Shown here piece by piece: positions 35,349 through 39,641 of a DNA stretch of 39,641 nt. The DNA lies in the IMG/VR virus record IMGVR_UViG_3300037601_000137, positions 1 through 39,641 of that record; one strand, 5' to 3'. The stretch is from a virus. Taxonomy: Duplodnaviria; Caudoviricetes. A program made the translations under genes and the position numbers. Position 1 is the stretch's first letter, and the number at the start of each line of letters is the position of its first letter. The notes beneath the pieces were generated by a model. The model had not been told where the DNA came from, made no database searches, and was given only the letters and a program-made list of their open reading frames with translations.

Positions 35349-35605
35349 GCCGAAGCCCTCCGGCTACGCATGGTTGCGAGTTCGGCAAGAACGGATTCAT
35401 AAGTCCCGATCCCGCGACGAACCGCACCTAGCGCGATCCGCTGATCGTGTTCGGCATTGATCGAGTTGCGGAAGCGCCACTGTTGCGCGGTCCCGTAGCT
35501 GACGCCCGCATCTTCCGCGAACGCTCCATACGATGGCCAGCGACGCTGAAACGCCGTGATCTCGTTCACTTCCTTTTCGGAAATAGATACAGTGGTCTTC
35601 GTCAT
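35345..35605 (-). CDS. Cro-like HTH protein
   Basis: WPS...FA.D.GV.Y.TA.QWR.RNSI; divergent from the repressor. Confidence 0.75.
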   Translation of the reverse strand: MTKTTVSISEKEVNEITAFQRRWPSYGAFAEDAGVSYGTAQQWRFRNSINAEHDQRIALGAVRRGIGTYESVLAELATMRSRRASA

Positions 35606-35612
35606 GACGTGG

Positions 35613-35642
35613 ATTAATACGGATCGTATTAGTTCCGTCAAT
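35613..35642 (-). promoter_or_regulatory. Promoter/operator unit driving the cro-replication operon
   Basis: Minus strand TTGACG...TATTAAT containing the palindrome taatacg-N3-cgtatta (35615-35631). Confidence 0.8.
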
Positions 35643-35665
35643 ACGGTTAATGGCATTTTTTTTGA

Positions 35666-36025
35666 ATGGGTCCGGATATGGGACAGAAACTTGATATAGA
35701 TCAAGAAATAGGCGCCCGGCTTCAGGCGGCGCGCCAGGCCGCCAGGCTGACACGCGAAGAGGTGCACAGAGCGCTAGGCGAGGGGTTCGGCGCCTCAACT
35801 GTCCAGGCTCACGAAACTGGCAGGAATGCGCTGCGGCCTGCCGTTATTGTGAAATATTGCGCCCTCTATAACATCAGCTACAGCTATCTTTTAGACGGCG
35901 ACGGCCCGTCGAGACTCCTACAAAACGAGTTCGCGGCCATCGCTCGCGCTCTCGGTGATTCCCCTTCTCTGTCAAATTGGCTTTCTATAGGAAGACAGTT
36001 GTCCGGTCTTTCGCCAGGCAGTTAA
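35666..36025 (+). CDS. XRE-family repressor (CI-like, no S24 peptidase domain)
   Basis: IG.RL..AR....LT..E......ST...HE.GRN...YLL.G; start could be 35678. Confidence 0.85.
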   Translation: MGPDMGQKLDIDQEIGARLQAARQAARLTREEVHRALGEGFGASTVQAHETGRNALRPAVIVKYCALYNISYSYLLDGDGPSRLLQNEFAAIARALGDSPSLSNWLSIGRQLSGLSPGS

Positions 36026-36057
36026 CGCCCGGTTTCAATATTTTTTGAAATTCGGGC

Positions 36058-36087
36058 ATTGACGTAGTTAATACGATCCGTATTAAT
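36058..36087 (+). promoter_or_regulatory. Promoter/operator unit driving the rightward early operon
   Basis: attgacgtagttaatacgatccgtattaat; 27/30 identical to the reverse complement of 35613-35642. Confidence 0.8.
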
Positions 36088-36118
36088 TCGGCACACTTAA
36101 CCAAGTGGAGCCGAAGCG

Positions 36119-36268
36119 ATGCGACCGAATCAAAGTAACCAAAAAAGAGAAAACGCCGACGCCGAGTTCGCCCGCCGCGTGAGTGAGGCGCGCCGCGAAG
36201 GAAGAATGTTCGTCACGATCCTGACGAACACCGGCTTCTTCCGTGCGCCGAAAGGGGCTTCGGTATGA
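36119..36268 (+). CDS. Hypothetical protein (49 aa, MRPNQSNQ...)
   Basis: Manual translation; GGAG RBS; ATGA overlap with the next gene. Confidence 0.6.
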   Translation: MRPNQSNQKRENADAEFARRVSEARREGRMFVTILTNTGFFRAPKGASV

Positions 36269-36678
36269 GCCCCGAGCCGCTTCATATCCGCTTCCGCGCC
36301 GACCTGCTCGAACCGCTCGCGCATTTTCTCTTGCGGGGCGAGCCCGGCGAGGAATGCCGCGTTACCTTTGCGGGCAACTTGGCTAGCGCGGAGCGTCCGG
36401 GCAAAGGCGAGCTGAGCGCGTGGCATGGTGATCAAACTGTTATCTCGCGATCTGCGACCCTGCGGTTCAGCCGCCAGTCACTCGCCGCCATCTCGACCGC
36501 CCTTCTTACGCGACCCGACGACGTCGAGCCTTCCGAAGTGTTCGTCGATATTCGGTCGTCGGATCGTTCGCCGTGGCTGTGCGAAATGCGCTTCGATCCC
36601 CTTCCCGATAATCCCGCCGACGCCCCGATTTTCCACGTCGTCGAAATTGATCCGAGTTTGGAACCCGACGATGACTAA
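36265..36678 (+). CDS. Hypothetical protein
   Basis: Overlap-coupled ORF. Confidence 0.65.
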   Translation: MSPEPLHIRFRADLLEPLAHFLLRGEPGEECRVTFAGNLASAERPGKGELSAWHGDQTVISRSATLRFSRQSLAAISTALLTRPDDVEPSEVFVDIRSSDRSPWLCEMRFDPLPDNPADAPIFHVVEIDPSLEPDDD

Positions 36679-37162
36679 GCCGAAATGGAAAGACGTGTAT
36701 CGCGACATTGTCGAGAACGAAGACACTATCGCTGTTGAGCATACAGACGGCGGCCTTCCTGTTTTTTTTCGCCCGAAGTCCGGGCTTCCCGTTCACGCAA
36801 TGAGTGTCAAGGCCATGTTGACTAGAGGACTTATCCGCCCTTGCGGCGTCACCATAGACCCCGCCGTTCCTCAATACTTTGAGCCGGTGACGGGGGACGA
36901 CGAGGCGTCGATCGATGCGGGCTCTCTTCGACGCCTCAAGGCGTCCGTTAATGAGGCGAGAGAAGCATTCTTAGCCGCCTGCTCCGCTGCCGGTTATTCA
37001 GATGAATGGGAGTTCTATCGTGCGACAGACCAGCGGGTCGGCGCCCCCTCTCCTGATGTGTCCAGCGCGCTAGCCGCCTTCGACGTGTATCGGTCAGCGT
37101 TGCACTCTTTTTATCTAGTCCGCGACGGCTCCAGCGGCTTCCTGGGGAGGTATGACCAATGA
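36671..37162 (+). CDS. Hypothetical protein (MTKPKWKD...)
   Basis: Start re-called at the ATG overlapping the upstream stop. Confidence 0.6.
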   Translation: MTKPKWKDVYRDIVENEDTIAVEHTDGGLPVFFRPKSGLPVHAMSVKAMLTRGLIRPCGVTIDPAVPQYFEPVTGDDEASIDAGSLRRLKASVNEAREAFLAACSAAGYSDEWEFYRATDQRVGAPSPDVSSALAAFDVYRSALHSFYLVRDGSSGFLGRYDQ

Positions 37163-37318
37163 GCGCCCGCGTCCTGATCGGCTGCGAATTGTCGGGCGTC
37201 GTGCGCCGGGCGTTCTCTGCGCGCGAAGATCAGGTCGCGCACCTTCCCCGCAATCGCCGACGCCTTCGCCGACCAATGGGGAAGCCTTCTGCCTGGATAT
37301 GAAAGGATTGCAGCGTGA
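37159..37318 (+). pseudogene. Internally deleted phage DNA cytosine methyltransferase-like gene
   Basis: N-terminus MSARVLIGCELSGVVRRAFSAR is joined out of frame to C-terminus KIRSRTFPAIADAFADQWG. Confidence 0.7.
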
Positions 37319-37587
37319 CCGACACACTCGACCAGCAAGCCGCCGACACGGCGAAACGTCTCGAAGACACCGCCGCGCGCATTCACGACGAGATTGATAC
37401 GCTCGCGCGGTTGCTCGCGAAGATGCGCGGTCTTTGCTTCGTCACGCCGTCGGAACTCGACAGGATCGAGCGACTGCGGAAGGCCGCGAAGCGCGTAGAC
37501 CTGTTAGCCACGATAGGCAGTCTTCAGCCACATACGCCGGAAGCGCTGGACGCTGTCGCGGAACTCGAAGAGGCGCTGAAGGAATGA
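37315..37587 (+). CDS. Hypothetical helical protein
   Basis: GTGA overlap start; AAGGA RBS. Confidence 0.6.
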   Translation: MTDTLDQQAADTAKRLEDTAARIHDEIDTLARLLAKMRGLCFVTPSELDRIERLRKAAKRVDLLATIGSLQPHTPEALDAVAELEEALKE

Positions 37588-38066
37588 CCGACGCGCTCCG
37601 CATGTATGGCGTTCGCAAGCCGTGCGGCTCGCTCGTCTGCATTATGCGGACGAAGCGGCTCGCGAAGGCGGCGGCGGAAGAGTTGACCGGAAAGCCGTGG
37701 CGCGTGCTGGAAAAAGAGGCAGGCTTGCGGATCGTCCCGGCGACGGTCGGGCTCGATCTTTCGCCGGAACACGGCCCCCGCGCCCGCGTCGGTGAAAGCG
37801 CGCTATGGGTGCAATTCGAGCGCGGGCAATCCTTCCTCGTTTGGCCGCGATCCATGATGCATGAAATGCCGGACGACTGGCAGCTTCGCGCCGCCGAATT
37901 GCTCGAAGAATGGGACGCCGCTTGGCGAATGCCGGACGACTGGCCGGTCGCCTATATCAGCGCCCGCGACGAGCGGACGAACCGCTTCACGCGCTGGCCC
38001 GATTGGCTGCTGAATTACAAGTATCGCGACCGCGACAAGATCGACGAATTGAAAGTTCCAAAATAG
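37584..38066 (+). CDS. Hypothetical protein (MTDALRMY...)
   Basis: ATGA overlap; C-terminal PRS.M..MPDDWQ pattern. Confidence 0.65.
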   Translation: MTDALRMYGVRKPCGSLVCIMRTKRLAKAAAEELTGKPWRVLEKEAGLRIVPATVGLDLSPEHGPRARVGESALWVQFERGQSFLVWPRSMMHEMPDDWQLRAAELLEEWDAAWRMPDDWPVAYISARDERTNRFTRWPDWLLNYKYRDRDKIDELKVPK

Positions 38067-38077
38067 GAGAAATGGAA

Positions 38078-38332
38078 ATGCAGGATACTGATAATCTAAC
38101 GGAAGCCACCCGCGAAAAACTTCGCCAGACCGTCGCCAAGATCGAGCGGCTGGAAGAAGAGAAGAAGGAAGTCGCCGAACAGATTAAAGCGATATACGCC
38201 GAAGCGAAGGCGTTCGGCTTCGACACGAAAGCGCTTCGGCAGGTCGTGAAACTTCGCCGGATCGAGAAAGCCGAACGCGAAGAGCAAGAATTGATCGTCG
38301 ACACGTATCTGACCGCCACCGGCGACGCATAA
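38078..38332 (+). CDS. gapR: GapR/DUF2312 (UPF0335) nucleoid-associated protein homologue
   Basis: LR..V..IERLEEEKK...IK..YAEAK..GFDTK.LR....LR......EE......Y. Confidence 0.9.
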   Translation: MQDTDNLTEATREKLRQTVAKIERLEEEKKEVAEQIKAIYAEAKAFGFDTKALRQVVKLRRIEKAEREEQELIVDTYLTATGDA

Positions 38333-38335
38333 CCC

Positions 38336-38584
38336 ATGACCGCCGCCCCGATCCAGGTCGAAGCCCTGACGCTCGACGAAGCGGCCTTTCGCTGTCGCGT
38401 GTCAGTTGAGCATTTCAGGCGCATTTACACCGGTCGCAAGATACGGCTTGGCGGATCGGTGCGCGTGTCGTCTTATCACCTGTTAGAGTGGCTGGACGAA
38501 CAGGCCGACGGCGGCGCGGTCGTCGCGACCGCGAACGAATGGGACGAAGACAATTCCGAAGAAGCAGACATTCAGGGGCGTTAA
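38336..38584 (+). CDS. xis: Excisionase-like HTH protein
   Basis: LT.DEAA....VS...F......I.LG......L.EWLD; immediately upstream of the integrase. Confidence 0.7.
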   Translation: MTAAPIQVEALTLDEAAFRCRVSVEHFRRIYTGRKIRLGGSVRVSSYHLLEWLDEQADGGAVVATANEWDEDNSEEADIQGR

Positions 38585-39641
38585 ACGGGTCCAGGTCGCC
38601 AGCGGCGAAGTCTACTATTACCATCGCCCGACGAAGATCCGCTTACCCGGCGAATATGGCTCTTTGGAGTTCGTTGAGGCGTGGCTCGAAGCAGAGAAGA
38701 AGGGCGTCCGGACGACGAAGCCGGTCGACGAGCGCGAAAGCTACGGCGGTCTATGGGCGGCGTTCGAGGCGTCGGCAGAATGGGAAGCCCTGAAGCCGCG
38801 CACCCGCGAAGATTACATGAAGGTTCGCGACTACATGTTCGAGCGTGGCCACCGGGCCAAGCGCGCCACACTGATGGAACAGCGCCACGCCGAACGCGAA
38901 CACGACAAGGCGCTCGCGAAGGGGAGCCGGTTCGCACTGTATGTGATCCAGGTAAACCGGCGGCTCTATAATTGGGTCTTGGCCAGGTCGGCGCGTCAGA
39001 AGGTATGGGGCGACCGGAACCCGTGGTCAAACGTGAAGCCCGCCAAGACGACGACGCGGTCGTTCAAGCCGTGGAAGCCGACCGACGTCGCCGAAGCGCT
39101 GACGCGGGCGCCTATGGGGCTCGCGCGGGCGTATGTGCTGGGATTGTCCGGCTTCGACGGCTCGACCGCGTACCGGCTGACATGGGACGAATATTCGAAC
39201 GGGCGCTTCGACGGCGACCGCGTGAAGACGGCTGTCGGCGGCGTGTCGATTGTCCCGGCCATGTTCCGGCCTTGGCTCGACCGTGGCGACCGCCCTTCGC
39301 CCTTCATCATCACGAACAATGCGGGCGAACGGTTTAATACACTGAACAGCTTGCAGACGGCGAGTTCGCGCTTTCTGTCCAGCCTGGCCGACGACGGGAT
39401 CGTTACGAATGGTATCAGTTTCCACGGCCTGCGTCATACACTCGGAAAAGCCATCGCGGAATCAGGCGGCGACCTTCGCGCGATCCAGTCGGCCCTACAG
39501 CACAAAACCGAACGCATGGCCTTGCACTATTCGAAAGAAGCCGATAAAGCCGCAGCACTCGACCGGGCGCAAGACGCGCTGTCGGGCTGGTTTTTGGCAA
39601 AAGCTGACTTGCCGGATTGGCAAAAAAGCGAAGGCGACTAG
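38553..39641 (+). CDS. int: Tyrosine recombinase/integrase; N-terminus extends upstream of the 38664 TTG, possible ATT start at 38553
   Basis: FHGLRHT, LQH....M..HY, RVKT; in-frame upstream VKRV...GEVYYYHR...RLPG..GS.EF. Confidence 0.85.
   Translation: MPKKQTFRGVKRVQVASGEVYYYHRPTKIRLPGEYGSLEFVEAWLEAEKKGVRTTKPVDERESYGGLWAAFEASAEWEALKPRTREDYMKVRDYMFERGHRAKRATLMEQRHAEREHDKALAKGSRFALYVIQVNRRLYNWVLARSARQKVWGDRNPWSNVKPAKTTTRSFKPWKPTDVAEALTRAPMGLARAYVLGLSGFDGSTAYRLTWDEYSNGRFDGDRVKTAVGGVSIVPAMFRPWLDRGDRPSPFIITNNAGERFNTLNSLQTASSRFLSSLADDGIVTNGISFHGLRHTLGKAIAESGGDLRAIQSALQHKTERMALHYSKEADKAAALDRAQDALSGWFLAKADLPDWQKSEGD

Larger units (their letters stand above)
1..39641. mobile_element. Temperate siphovirus-type prophage (HK97-like head, long non-contractile tail, integrase)
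   Basis: Ordered modules for lysis, tail, head, packaging, replication, immunity switch and xis/int. att sites are not in the window. Confidence 0.95.

Noticed and set aside
36068-36100. CtrA boxes (several TTAA; also TTAACCAT at 24862)
   Set aside because: TTAA spacings are 11 and 10 rather than 7, and the sites are explained by the phage operator; a lone half-site is too weak
1-39641. tRNA/rRNA genes and attL/attR direct repeats
   Set aside because: None recognised; the window starts and ends exactly on CDS boundaries, so att sites probably lie outside

Overview
The window looks like a near-complete temperate siphophage (prophage) of an alphaproteobacterial host, probably Hyphomonadaceae/Caulobacterales judging from the GapR-like gene and the GTA-related tail genes. 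It is trimmed at gene boundaries, so att sites are not visible. From left to right: a + strand accessory block (1-1661); a - strand late operon (spanins, membrane-anchored endolysin, membrane proteins, SprT-like protease, fused hub/tail-tip protein, Dit, tape measure, G/GT chaperones with a -1 frameshift, tail tube, neck, HK97 capsid/protease/portal, terminases, HNH); an AT-rich iteron-like origin (~24.9-25.2 kb); a - strand replication/recombination module (prim-pol/helicase, RadD-like helicase, Cas4-like nuclease, DUF669 SSB, Sak4-like ATPase, RusA); a cro/repressor switch with two nearly identical promoter-operator units; and a + strand early operon ending in GapR, xis and an atypical tyrosine integrase. 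The most unusual points are a pair of architecturally parallel multi-TM/coiled-coil proteins facing each other across the lysis genes, two structural gene fusions, a microhomology-bounded gene cassette, operator copies flanking the origin, and several signs of decay. All family assignments come from motif recognition by eye; no database search was run.
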